Position numbers and translations under genes: made by a program. From NCBI GenBank assembly GCA_963732385.1, contig CAVSZB010000004.1, positions 32,001 through 96,000 on the forward strand: DNA of 64,000 nucleotides. The letters are read 5' to 3'. The DNA comes from an uncultured bacterium (GTDB lineage: Bacteria; Krumholzibacteriota; Krumholzibacteriia; LZORAL124-64-63). Below are positions 46,158 to 55,313 of the stretch, one piece after another; within the stretch, counting starts at the first letter, position 1, and every line of letters begins with the position of its first letter. The notes beneath the pieces are model-generated. The model saw only the letters and a list, made by a program, of their open reading frames with translations, did not search any database and was not told the DNA's origin.

Positions 46158-48452
46158 GTGCGCTGGTGGTCGCTCCGCTTCTTCAAACCGGCGGCATGGA
46201 TCGGCTGGCGGCAGACCCCGCAGGTCCGCCCCGGTCCGCGCACCGGCGTGGCCGCGTGGCGGAGCACGCGTGCGCTGCTGACGGCCGTTTTGGCAGCGCT
46301 GGCCCTGCTGGCGCTGCACCTGCTGCTGTTCCCGCCGTTGCCGCGCACGGGGGCCGTTTTCCCTCGGCAGGGCGAGGTCGCGCCGCGCCAGATCCGGGCG
46401 CCCTTCGCCTTCACCGCGCCGTTGCCCGAACGCGACGTGGAACTGATGCGGCTCGAGCGCGGGCTGGCCGAACCGCCGTTGCTGCGGCGGGAGGATCCGG
46501 CGCCGGGCGAGGGTTCGCTGCGGCGATTCGCCGTCTGGCGCGAGGCCTTCCTGGCGTTGCAGGAACGTCGCGGCGCGGACGCGCCGGAGCGCGTGGGCGA
46601 ACTGGCCGCGCGGTTCCCCGAACTCGATCGCGGGCTGCAGCGGCGCCTGCTTGGCGTTCCCCGTCCGGAGGCGGTCCTGGCGGTGATGGAGGCGGTGCTG
46701 CGCGAACTGCTGGCGACCGGCGTCGCCGACGTTCTGCCGCCCGGCAAATACACGCAGGTGCGCGTGCGGGAACGTGAGGGGGAGGTCGGGATCGACGCTG
46801 CGCTGATCCATGAAGAGGCGCGGCTCGGGGAACGGCTGCCCTGGCTGTTGCGCGCGCGGGGACTGGACCCCGCGGTGGCGGCGGCGGCGGCGGGGGTGAC
46901 GGGCGCCCTGCTGGTGCCCAACCTCGTCTACGACGAGGTGGCAACGCGCGCCCGGCAGGAGTTGGTGCGCTCGGCGGTGCCGGCGCGGCGCGAGTTCATC
47001 AAGGATGAGCGCATCGTCGAGCAGGGCGTGCGCGTGTCGGAGCAGGAGGCGATCTTCCTGAACCGGCTGTCCGAACTGCAGAATGAACGGGGGGCGGGAT
47101 TCGAGGGCGGCTCGCGGTTATCGCGTCTGGGGGCGCGGCTGCTGCTGCTGGGAACCGCCCTGGCGCTGTATGGCTGGATGGCGGTGCTCTATTTTTCCCC
47201 GGTGCTGGCGCGACCGAGGCATCTCGTGGCCGTGGCGGCCATCATGGCGCTTTTCCTGAGCGGGGCCGCCTGTGGGCTCGCGCGGCCGGGGCTGGGGATT
47301 TTTGCGGTGCCGGTGGCGCTGCTGGCCCTGCTGGCCACGGTCCTGTTCAAGGAGCGGGTTGGGCACGCCACGACGCTGCTGGGCACCGTGCTGCTGACAC
47401 CGGTGGCGGGGGTCGAAACGCACGCCGTGCTGATCTGGCTGCTGACCGGCGCGGTGGCGGTTGGGACGGTCCGGCACATCCAGCAACGCGGCCAGTTCTA
47501 CCGGACGCTCGCGATTCTCTGCGCCCTCGCGCTGTTCCTCATGATGACGCTGCGTCTCTCCGCCGGCGCGTCGCTGACCGCGCAGGGGGGACAGTACCTG
47601 GTGGCGTTTCTGACGCCGGTGGCGGCGGTGGCGCTCGCGCTGTTTCTGCTGCCCGTGGTCGAGCCGGTCATCGGAGTGGCGAGCGATCTGACGCTGCTTG
47701 AACTGTCGGATCTCAATCATCCGCTGCTCAAGCAGATGTCGCTCGAATCGCAGGGGACCTACCACCACAGCCAGGTGGTGAGTCAGTTGGCCGAACAGGC
47801 AGCGCGGGCGATCGGCGCGAACGCGATCCTGACCCGCGTGGGCGCGCTGTTCCACGACATCGGCAAGCTGAACAAGCCGGAATATTTCGTCGAAAACCAG
47901 CGCGGTGGGCCGAACAAGCACGACGAACTGAGCCCGAGCATGAGCGCCCTGGTCGTGGCGTCCCATGTGAAGGAGGGCATCGAACTGGCGCATCGCTGGC
48001 GTCTGCCGCAGGCGGTGATCGATTTCATCCCCGAGCACCACGGCACCGGCGTGATGGAGTTCTTCTACCACAAGGCGCTGGAGGCGGGCGAGACTGAGAC
48101 CGTGAAGGTGGACGATTTCCGCTATCCCGGACCGAAGCCGCGCTCCCGCGAGACGGCGATTCTCATGCTCGCCGACGCGGTCGAGGCGGCGGCGCGCTCG
48201 TTGGCGAAAGCGACGCCCGGCCGTATCCGCGAGGTCACCACACAGGTGATAGAGAAGCGGCTGCTGAGCGGCGAACTGGACGAGGCGCAGCTGACCATGG
48301 CCGATCTGGCGCGCGTCCGCGAGGCGTTCATCCCCTTGTTGACCGGCATCCACCACGCGCGCATTTCCTATCCGGGCCGGCGGGAGCGCGAGACGGGGCG
48401 TCCGCGTGAACGCGAGAATGGGCGCGTGGGCGAACGGGGACCGCTGGCGTGA
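46158..48452 (+). CDS. 7TM-HD (HDIG) membrane phosphohydrolase, PgpH-like
   Basis: Extracellular domain, multiple TMs, 'LLELSDLNHPLL...GTYHHS...HDIGK...EHHGT...FRYPGPKP...MLADAVEAA'. Confidence 0.88.
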   Translation: MRWWSLRFFKPAAWIGWRQTPQVRPGPRTGVAAWRSTRALLTAVLAALALLALHLLLFPPLPRTGAVFPRQGEVAPRQIRAPFAFTAPLPERDVELMRLERGLAEPPLLRREDPAPGEGSLRRFAVWREAFLALQERRGADAPERVGELAARFPELDRGLQRRLLGVPRPEAVLAVMEAVLRELLATGVADVLPPGKYTQVRVREREGEVGIDAALIHEEARLGERLPWLLRARGLDPAVAAAAAGVTGALLVPNLVYDEVATRARQELVRSAVPARREFIKDERIVEQGVRVSEQEAIFLNRLSELQNERGAGFEGGSRLSRLGARLLLLGTALALYGWMAVLYFSPVLARPRHLVAVAAIMALFLSGAACGLARPGLGIFAVPVALLALLATVLFKERVGHATTLLGTVLLTPVAGVETHAVLIWLLTGAVAVGTVRHIQQRGQFYRTLAILCALALFLMMTLRLSAGASLTAQGGQYLVAFLTPVAAVALALFLLPVVEPVIGVASDLTLLELSDLNHPLLKQMSLESQGTYHHSQVVSQLAEQAARAIGANAILTRVGALFHDIGKLNKPEYFVENQRGGPNKHDELSPSMSALVVASHVKEGIELAHRWRLPQAVIDFIPEHHGTGVMEFFYHKALEAGETETVKVDDFRYPGPKPRSRETAILMLADAVEAAARSLAKATPGRIREVTTQVIEKRLLSGELDEAQLTMADLARVREAFIPLLTGIHHARISYPGRRERETGRPRERENGRVGERGPLA

Positions 48453-49027
48453 AGGCGCGACTCCACGACCGGCGCCGCCTGCCGGCGGCGCCGCCGGCGG
48501 CCTGGAGGAAGGCGCTGGTGCGGCTGGCGGAGCCGGCCGGAGACCCGGCGTGGCCGGTCGATTTGGTGCTGGTGGATGACGCGGAGATCGCAGAGCTCAA
48601 CCGGCGGTGGCGGGGGCGCGACGAGGTTACCGACGTGCTCTCTTTCTCCTACCTGGCCGCGGAGGGAGCGGGGGCGCCGGCGCTGCGCGCGGGTTCCCGG
48701 CAGGCAGCGACCGGTCTCTGGCGGGACCCCGGCGATGCCGCCGCGCAGGCACCGGTGGGCGAACTGGTGATCGCGCCGGCGTTCGTGGCCCGGCAGTGCG
48801 CCGCGTACGGCTGGGATCTGGCTGCCGAATGGGCGCTGTTGACCGTGCACGGGCTGCTGCACCTGCTGGGCTGGACCCACGACGATCCGGCCGGGACGGT
48901 GGCTATGCGGAGTCGGGAGGCGCAGTTGCTGCTGGGCGCGGGATTCAGTCATCCCCTGCTGGCCAACGGCGCAGGGGCGGAGGCGTCATGGGAAGAAGAA
49001 GGAGCCGATGGATCACGCGATAAGTGA
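48449..49027 (+). CDS. ybeY: rRNA maturation endoribonuclease YbeY
   Basis: LNRRWR...TDVLSF, HGLLHLLGWTH. Confidence 0.9.
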   Translation: MKARLHDRRRLPAAPPAAWRKALVRLAEPAGDPAWPVDLVLVDDAEIAELNRRWRGRDEVTDVLSFSYLAAEGAGAPALRAGSRQAATGLWRDPGDAAAQAPVGELVIAPAFVARQCAAYGWDLAAEWALLTVHGLLHLLGWTHDDPAGTVAMRSREAQLLLGAGFSHPLLANGAGAEASWEEEGADGSRDK

Positions 49028-50330
49028 ATGGCCGGCGAGCGTGGCGTTCGCGGTGACCGTGGGGGCGTTCCTGCTGGCGATGCTGGCGGCGGGGCTGCTG
49101 GCCGCGCTGCTGCGGGTGCGCGGTCTGTCGGGACACGGCCTGCTGGAAGAGACCGGGACCGGCGGCGCGCTGCGCGCCTGTCTGCAATTGCCACGCCGCT
49201 TCGAAGTCACGGTCGGTTCGCTTTATCTGGCGCTCACGGTCGTGGGGGGCATTGCGGCCGGGCGGACCGCGGCCGCGCTGATTCCCGGTGCGCCGGCCTG
49301 GCGTTCCCTGCTGGTGACGGCGCTGATCGTGATGTTTGCGTGGACGCTCGGTGGTCTGGCGGGCCGGTCACTCGCCGCCGGTGCGGCTCTCGACACCACG
49401 CGCTGGGGAGCGCGGCTGCTGCTGCCGCTGCACTGGCTGCTGCGGCCGTGGACCGGCCTGGTCGTCTGGCTGCTCGATCGCGCTGGCGACACGCTCAGCG
49501 TTGGCGATGCCCTGCCGCCCCCCCTGACCGCCGGGGAGATCCGCAGTCTGCTGGCCGAGGAGGAGGGGGCGGTCGATCTGGAGGATGAGGAACGGGAGAT
49601 GATTCACAGCATCTTCGGTTTCCACGGCAAGATGGTCCGCGAGATCATGGTCCCGCGCATCGACATGATCTCGCTCGATGCGGCCGACCCGGTCGAGACC
49701 GCGGTCGCCACCGTCAATGCCACCCTCCACTCCCGCCTGCCGATCCACGACGGCACGGTGGACCGGATCACCGGGTTGCTCTACGCCAAGGATCTGCTGG
49801 CCCTGGTGGCAGAGGGGCGGTTGGCCGGCGAAGGCCGCGTGGTGGGCGACCTTGCCCGGCCCGCCTACTTCATCCCCGAGAGCAAGAAGATCGACGAGGT
49901 GCTGGCCGAGTTCCGCCACAAGCGGATCCACATGGCGATCGTGATCGACGAGTACGGCGGCACGGCCGGCCTGGTCACGCTGGAGGATGTCCTCGAGGAG
50001 ATCGTCGGCGAAATAGAAGACGAATTCGACGATCGCGAGCGGCTCTACGAGTGGCTCGACGAGCGCACGCTGCGCGTCGATCCGAAGATCGACCTGGAGG
50101 ATCTGCAGGAACTGCTGGGGGTCCCGCTGCCGGCCGAGGAGGGGAGCGAAACGCTCGCCGGTCTGGTCTACCAGGCGGCTGGTCGGGTGCCCGACGCTGG
50201 CGACCAGGTCACGATCGCCGATCTGACCGTAGTGGTGGAGGCGGTGGAGGACCAGCGGATCCTGCGCGTGCGGATCGTCGCGCCGGAGGCGCTGCCGGGC
50301 CACGCCGGTGCGCTCCGGACGGAAGGGTAG
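49008..50330 (+). CDS. Hemolysin/CorC-family protein (CNNM-CBS-CorC)
   Basis: VREIMVPR, HSRLP, IDEYGGTAGLVTLEDVLEEIVGEI.DEFD. Confidence 0.9.
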   Translation: MDHAISEWPASVAFAVTVGAFLLAMLAAGLLAALLRVRGLSGHGLLEETGTGGALRACLQLPRRFEVTVGSLYLALTVVGGIAAGRTAAALIPGAPAWRSLLVTALIVMFAWTLGGLAGRSLAAGAALDTTRWGARLLLPLHWLLRPWTGLVVWLLDRAGDTLSVGDALPPPLTAGEIRSLLAEEEGAVDLEDEEREMIHSIFGFHGKMVREIMVPRIDMISLDAADPVETAVATVNATLHSRLPIHDGTVDRITGLLYAKDLLALVAEGRLAGEGRVVGDLARPAYFIPESKKIDEVLAEFRHKRIHMAIVIDEYGGTAGLVTLEDVLEEIVGEIEDEFDDRERLYEWLDERTLRVDPKIDLEDLQELLGVPLPAEEGSETLAGLVYQAAGRVPDAGDQVTIADLTVVVEAVEDQRILRVRIVAPEALPGHAGALRTEG

Positions 50331-50336
50331 ATTCCG

Positions 50337-50978
50337 GTGACCAAGCTGCGGCAGTATTTCCTGGCCGGTCTGCTGTCGGTGGCGCCGCTGGTCATCACCG
50401 GCTGGGTGCTGCTGCAGATCTATCGTCTGGTGGATGGCGTTACCCGGCCGTGGCTGGAGCGGATCGTTGCGCTGCGCCAGGTGCCCGGTTTCATCCTGAC
50501 GCTGGGCGGGCTGACCGCGTTCCTCCTGCTGATCCTGCTGGCCGGCGTCCTGATGCAGAACGTTTTCGGAGTGGCGCTGTTCGGGCTGCTGGAGCGGTCC
50601 CTGCGGCGGATCCCGCTGCTGCGGGTCGTGTTCGACACGACGAAGCAGATCGGCGAGGTCGTGCTCAACCCGCAGCGGAATGCGTTCCAGAAGGTGGTGC
50701 TGTTCGAGTACCCGCGGCCGTGTTGCTGGTGCATCGGTTTCGTCACCGCGGATGACGGTCGCCAGGAATTCGTGGCGGTCTTTCTGGCCACCACCCCCAA
50801 TCCGACCTCCGGCTTCCTGCTGCTGCTGCCGCGCGGGGAGTTGCGGGTGCTGTCGTTGAGTGTCGAAGAGGGGATGCGACTCGTCATTTCGGGTGGCGCG
50901 CTGCTCACGCCGGAACTTGCGCGGATGCTGGCCGCGGCGGCGGACGGCGCCGGGAGCGGCCCCGGAGAGACGGCGTGA
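50337..50978 (+). CDS. DUF502 membrane protein
   Basis: FLAGLL...P...T; 'VFLATTPNPTSGFL'; 'ISGG'. Confidence 0.85.
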   Translation: MTKLRQYFLAGLLSVAPLVITGWVLLQIYRLVDGVTRPWLERIVALRQVPGFILTLGGLTAFLLLILLAGVLMQNVFGVALFGLLERSLRRIPLLRVVFDTTKQIGEVVLNPQRNAFQKVVLFEYPRPCCWCIGFVTADDGRQEFVAVFLATTPNPTSGFLLLLPRGELRVLSLSVEEGMRLVISGGALLTPELARMLAAAADGAGSGPGETA

Positions 50979-51805
50979 GCCTGCTGCCGCAACCGGTCGT
51001 GACGACCGACGCGATCGTTTTGCGCGTCTGGCCGACCGGCGAGACGAGCGTGGTGGCCGCGCTGCTCACTGCGCGCTGCGGACATCTGCGGGTCATCGCG
51101 AAGGGAGCGCGCAGCGCCGGTTCGGTACTGCGTCCACTGGTGCAGCCCGGTCGCCTGGTCGGCGTGGAATGCGGCCTCGATCCCCGCCGCCAGCTCCAGT
51201 ATCTGCGGGCGGGGGGGGTGCTGCTCGATCCGCTCGCGGGGGGCAACAGCCTCGAACGGACCGCCTTCCTGCTCGCCGGCCTCGAACTGATCGAGCTGTG
51301 CCGGCCCGCCGGCGAGCGCGAGGCCGGGTTGTTCGCGCTTGGCCGCGAGTTCCTCGCGATGTTATCCTGTGCGCCCCGTGAGGGGGCGGCGCGTCTGTTC
51401 TACGCCTTCGAGTTGGCGCTGCTGCAACTTCACGGCCTGGCGCCGGTGCTCGATGGCTGCGCGGCGTGCGACTCGTCGCTCCCCCGTGCCCCCGGGGTGG
51501 CGGTGCGCTTCAGCCCGGCCGTCGGCGGCGTGATCTGCGGCGCCTGCTCCGCGTCGGGGCGGGGACGCGACGGGCGTTCGCTGGCGTGGGAAACGCTCAC
51601 CGGGCTGCGCGCGCTGGCCGCCGGACCAGCTGCCGCGGCCGGTTGCGCGGCGCCCGCCTGGCGGGAGCGCGAAACCGGCATCGTCCTGCACAATTTTCTC
51701 GGCTACCACCTGCCGGGGTATCGGCTGCCGGCCGCGCTCGCCATGCTGCGGGCTGGCCGGTCGTCCGCGCCGGGGGCCGTTATCGGCGCCCGCGAGGAGG
51801 CTTGA
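50975..51805 (+). CDS. recO: DNA repair protein RecO
   Basis: TDAIVLR...ETS...IAKGAR; Zn finger CAAC...CGAC; upstream of glyQ. Confidence 0.88.
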   Translation: MSLLPQPVVTTDAIVLRVWPTGETSVVAALLTARCGHLRVIAKGARSAGSVLRPLVQPGRLVGVECGLDPRRQLQYLRAGGVLLDPLAGGNSLERTAFLLAGLELIELCRPAGEREAGLFALGREFLAMLSCAPREGAARLFYAFELALLQLHGLAPVLDGCAACDSSLPRAPGVAVRFSPAVGGVICGACSASGRGRDGRSLAWETLTGLRALAAGPAAAAGCAAPAWRERETGIVLHNFLGYHLPGYRLPAALAMLRAGRSSAPGAVIGAREEA

Positions 51806-52692
51806 TGGACTACCAGGAGATGATCGCCCGCCTGCACGCCTTCTGGGGGGCGCGCGGCTGCGTCCAGGTGCAGCCGTGGAACTCCGAACTCGGCGCCGGC
51901 ACGTTCAACCCGAACACCTTCCTGCGCGCCCTCGGCCCGGAGCCGTGGCGGGTGGCGCACGTCGAGCCGAGCAAGCGTCCCAAGGACGGACGCTACCTCG
52001 AAAACCCGAACCGGGTGCACCAGTTCTACCAGTACCAGGTGGTGCTCAAGCCGAATCCGCCCGACGCGCAGGCACTCTATGTGGAGTCGTTGCAGGCGAT
52101 GGGGATCGATCACCGCGATCACGACATCCGTTTCGTGGAGGACGATTGGGAGTCCCCCACGCTGGGCGCCGCCGGGCTCGGCTGGGAGGTCTGGCTCGAC
52201 GGCATGGAGATCAGCCAGTTCACCTACTTCCAGCAGGTGGGCAGCCTGCCGTGCCGGCCGGTCTCCGTGGAGCTGACCTACGGCCTCGATCGCCTCGCCA
52301 TGTTCATGCAGGGGGTGGACCACGTGAAGGACATCCGCTGGGGCGGGGGGCTGACGTGGGGCGAGGTGCAGGGCCAGTTCGAGCGGGAGTTCTGCGCTTT
52401 CAATTTCGAGCACGCCGACATCGAGACCTACCGTCGGCATTTCGAGGACCGTGAGCGTGAGGCGCGGACGCTGCTCGAAGCCGGATTGGTCTACCCCGGC
52501 TATGACGCTGTCATCAAGTGCAGCCATCTGTTCAACGTGCTGGAGGCGCGGGGGGCGATCTCCGTGACGGAGCGGACCGGATACATCACCCGGATCCGGG
52601 GACTTGCCCGGCAGGCCGCGCTCGCCTATGTGGCGAAGCGCGAGGCGCTGGGTTTTCCGCTGCTGGCGGGCGGGGAAGGGGGTAAGGCGTGA
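51805..52692 (+). CDS. glyQ: Glycine--tRNA ligase alpha subunit
   Basis: [34 protein letters not shown]. Confidence 0.96.
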   Translation: MDYQEMIARLHAFWGARGCVQVQPWNSELGAGTFNPNTFLRALGPEPWRVAHVEPSKRPKDGRYLENPNRVHQFYQYQVVLKPNPPDAQALYVESLQAMGIDHRDHDIRFVEDDWESPTLGAAGLGWEVWLDGMEISQFTYFQQVGSLPCRPVSVELTYGLDRLAMFMQGVDHVKDIRWGGGLTWGEVQGQFEREFCAFNFEHADIETYRRHFEDREREARTLLEAGLVYPGYDAVIKCSHLFNVLEARGAISVTERTGYITRIRGLARQAALAYVAKREALGFPLLAGGEGGKA

Positions 52693-54890
52693 TGGCCCGC
52701 GAAGACGCAACCACAGTCGCCTCCGGCATCGCGCGGCTCCCGTTCCTGCTCGAGGTCGGCAGTGACGATCTGCCGGCCCGTTTCCAGCCGCTGGCGATGA
52801 CGAACCTCGCCGAGACGACACGCAGACTCCTCGACGACCTCGACCTGCCTCACGCAGGTCTGCGCGTGCTGGCGGCGCCGCGGCGGCTTGCGCTGCTGGT
52901 GGAGGGGCTGGCGGTGCGGCAGTCCGACCGCACGCTCGAGGTGAAAGGGCCGCCGCTCTCCGCTGTGCGCGATGCGGCGGGCGCGCCGACGCCGGCCGCG
53001 CTCGGCTTCGCGCGCAAGAACGGCGTCGATCTGAAGGACTGCTTCACGCTGGAGGAGGCGAAGGGGACCTTCCTGGCGGCGCGCCGCCTCGTCTCCGGCC
53101 GCGCCACGGCCGACCTGCTGGCCGAGGCGCTGCCGCCGCTCGTGCTCGCCATCCCGTTCCCCAAGACGATGCGGTGGGGCGACAGCGACCTGCAGTGGGC
53201 CCGGCCGCTGCAGTGGGCCGTGGCGCTGCTGGGCGACGAGATCGTGCCGCTGCGTCTGGGCGAAATGACGGCCGGGCGCGAAAGCCGCGGCCACCGCACG
53301 CTCGACGATGATCGCCGGTTCGCCATCCAGTCCGCGACCGCCTACACCGAGACTCTCAGGGCTCATCATGTGGTGGTCGATCCGGACGAGCGGCGTCAGT
53401 CGATCAGCGCCGGTTTTACCGCCGCCGTGGCGGCGATACCGGGCGCGCGCTGGGTGCCGCACGCGGAACTGCTGGAGGAGGTCGTTTTTCTCAGCGAACA
53501 TCCGACGGTGCTGCTCGGATCGTACGAGGCGCGCTTCTTCGACCTGCCGACGGAGGTCATCGTGACGGCGCTGCGCGCCCATCAACGCTATTTCGCGGTG
53601 ACCGGTGCTGATGGCGGGTTGATTCCGCACTTCCTGACCGTGCGGGACGGCGGCGGCCGCGCGCTCGACATGGTGCGCCAGGGCAACGAACGGGTGCTGC
53701 GGGCGCGGCTGGCGGACGCCCTTTTCTACTGGGAGTTCGACCAGCGTCGCTCTCCCGCCGAACAGGCCGCGCGGCTTGGCTCGGTGACCTGGCTCGAAGG
53801 GTACGGCACAGTGCTGGACAAGACCAGGCGGCTGGCCTCGCTCAGCGCGCGCCTGTGGGAACTGGGGCTGGGCGACGGGGGAGGCGTTCCGCCCGGACTG
53901 ACCAGGGCCGCCGAGCTGTGCAAGAGCGACCTGGTGAGCGAGATGATTCGCGACGGCAAGGAGTTCACCCGGCTGGAGGGACTAATCGGCGCGCACTATG
54001 CCCGGCGCGCCGGCGAGGCGGAGGAGGTCTGCCGGGCGATCGAACGGCACTACCTGCCGCGCGGCGCGAGCGAAGAGCTGCCAGGCGACCGGATCAGCAG
54101 TGCTCTCGCCGTTGCTGACCGGCTCGATACGCTGGCCGGGTGCTGGCTGGCGGGGTTCGTGCCGACCGGCGCGCGGGACCCCTACGGGCTGCGCCGGCAG
54201 GCGCTGGCGGTGCTGCGCATCGTGCTGGATCTGGGCGCCCGGGTGCGGCTCCCGCTGCTGATCGACGAGGCCCTGGCCCCCTTCGCCGCGACGGCCGGTC
54301 CCGACCGTGTCGCGGCCGCGGCGGCCGAACTGCGCGAGTTCGTGCTCGTGCGGCTGGCCGGACAGCTCGAGACTCTCGGCTGTGCGTCCGAGACGGTGCG
54401 GGCGGTATTGCCGGCGCACGGTGACGACCCCGCGGAGGCGTTCGCCTGGGCGCGGGCGCTCGCCGGTTTCCGTGACCGGCCCGATTTCCAGCTCCTGGCG
54501 ACCGGCTTCAAACGGTGCAAGAACATCCTCGAAGGTCAATTCCTGACCGGCGAGGAGCTGGCCGACTGTCGCACCCGCTGGCGCAGGGGGGGCGAAACTC
54601 CCGGCGGGGAGGACTTCGTGCGTCTGCCCGATCCGGCCGAGCAGGCGCTCAGGAGCACTGTCGCGGCGGCGGTGCTGCCGCTTGAGGCGGCGCAGGGGGC
54701 AGGGGATTACGCCGCCGCGCTGCGCCAACTGTCCAGACTCGGGCCGGCGATCGACTGCTTTTTCGAGAAGGTGAGGGTCAACGTGGACGACGAGGATCTA
54801 CGCCGCTTGAGGCACGGGTTCCTGCGGGAGATCCACGGTCTGTTCGTGCGCTACGCCGATTTCTCGGAGGTGGCGCCGGCCGACGCCTGA
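52692..54890 (+). CDS. glyS: Glycine--tRNA ligase beta subunit
   Basis: LLEVGSDDLP, PRRL, KTMRWG, HQRYF, GNERVLRARLADA, DPYGLRR. Confidence 0.94.
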   Translation: MAREDATTVASGIARLPFLLEVGSDDLPARFQPLAMTNLAETTRRLLDDLDLPHAGLRVLAAPRRLALLVEGLAVRQSDRTLEVKGPPLSAVRDAAGAPTPAALGFARKNGVDLKDCFTLEEAKGTFLAARRLVSGRATADLLAEALPPLVLAIPFPKTMRWGDSDLQWARPLQWAVALLGDEIVPLRLGEMTAGRESRGHRTLDDDRRFAIQSATAYTETLRAHHVVVDPDERRQSISAGFTAAVAAIPGARWVPHAELLEEVVFLSEHPTVLLGSYEARFFDLPTEVIVTALRAHQRYFAVTGADGGLIPHFLTVRDGGGRALDMVRQGNERVLRARLADALFYWEFDQRRSPAEQAARLGSVTWLEGYGTVLDKTRRLASLSARLWELGLGDGGGVPPGLTRAAELCKSDLVSEMIRDGKEFTRLEGLIGAHYARRAGEAEEVCRAIERHYLPRGASEELPGDRISSALAVADRLDTLAGCWLAGFVPTGARDPYGLRRQALAVLRIVLDLGARVRLPLLIDEALAPFAATAGPDRVAAAAAELREFVLVRLAGQLETLGCASETVRAVLPAHGDDPAEAFAWARALAGFRDRPDFQLLATGFKRCKNILEGQFLTGEELADCRTRWRRGGETPGGEDFVRLPDPAEQALRSTVAAAVLPLEAAQGAGDYAAALRQLSRLGPAIDCFFEKVRVNVDDEDLRRLRHGFLREIHGLFVRYADFSEVAPADA

Positions 54891-54993
54891 ACCGCGGCCA
54901 CCACGGGCGGGATGATTTCGCAAGAAATTGAGAACGTTTTCAAATGGCGCGAGGGGCGACTGGCCATTTTCACCACTTTCCTGCAGAGAGCTA

Positions 54994-55022
54994 TTGACGA
55001 AGAGGCGACAATCGGTTACGCT
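54994..55022 (+). promoter_or_regulatory. Candidate sigma70 promoter for the large secreted protein, implying a leader of about 285 nt
   Basis: TTGACG, 17-nt spacer, TACGCT. Confidence 0.45.
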
Positions 55023-55313
55023 CTCCTAGCGACTCAGTGGGCAAAAGTTCGTGCAATGCGCGCTGTCCCTGGGTTCCACTCTCTCAGTCGCCCGATCACT
55101 TGACATTCGACGCTTAGGTTCGGTTTCGTGTCCTCGCCCACGTTACAATTTGAAGGAGGTTGGGTTCATTTCTCGTTCGGCTTTGCGCCGCGAAGTTGTG
55201 CGGGAAAGAACGTTTTCTTCCCTTGAATTGCGTCCGGCTGAGTGAGTAAGTGGCAGCCGGTGACGTGTGCGCAACCTTGACCGCGTTGATTTGATCAACG
55301 CTGGGGGAAAAAC

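Noticed and set aside
55283..55301. FNR box
   Set aside because: The TTGAT/ATCAA half-sites are separated by 3 nt rather than the required 4; kept only as a hairpin.
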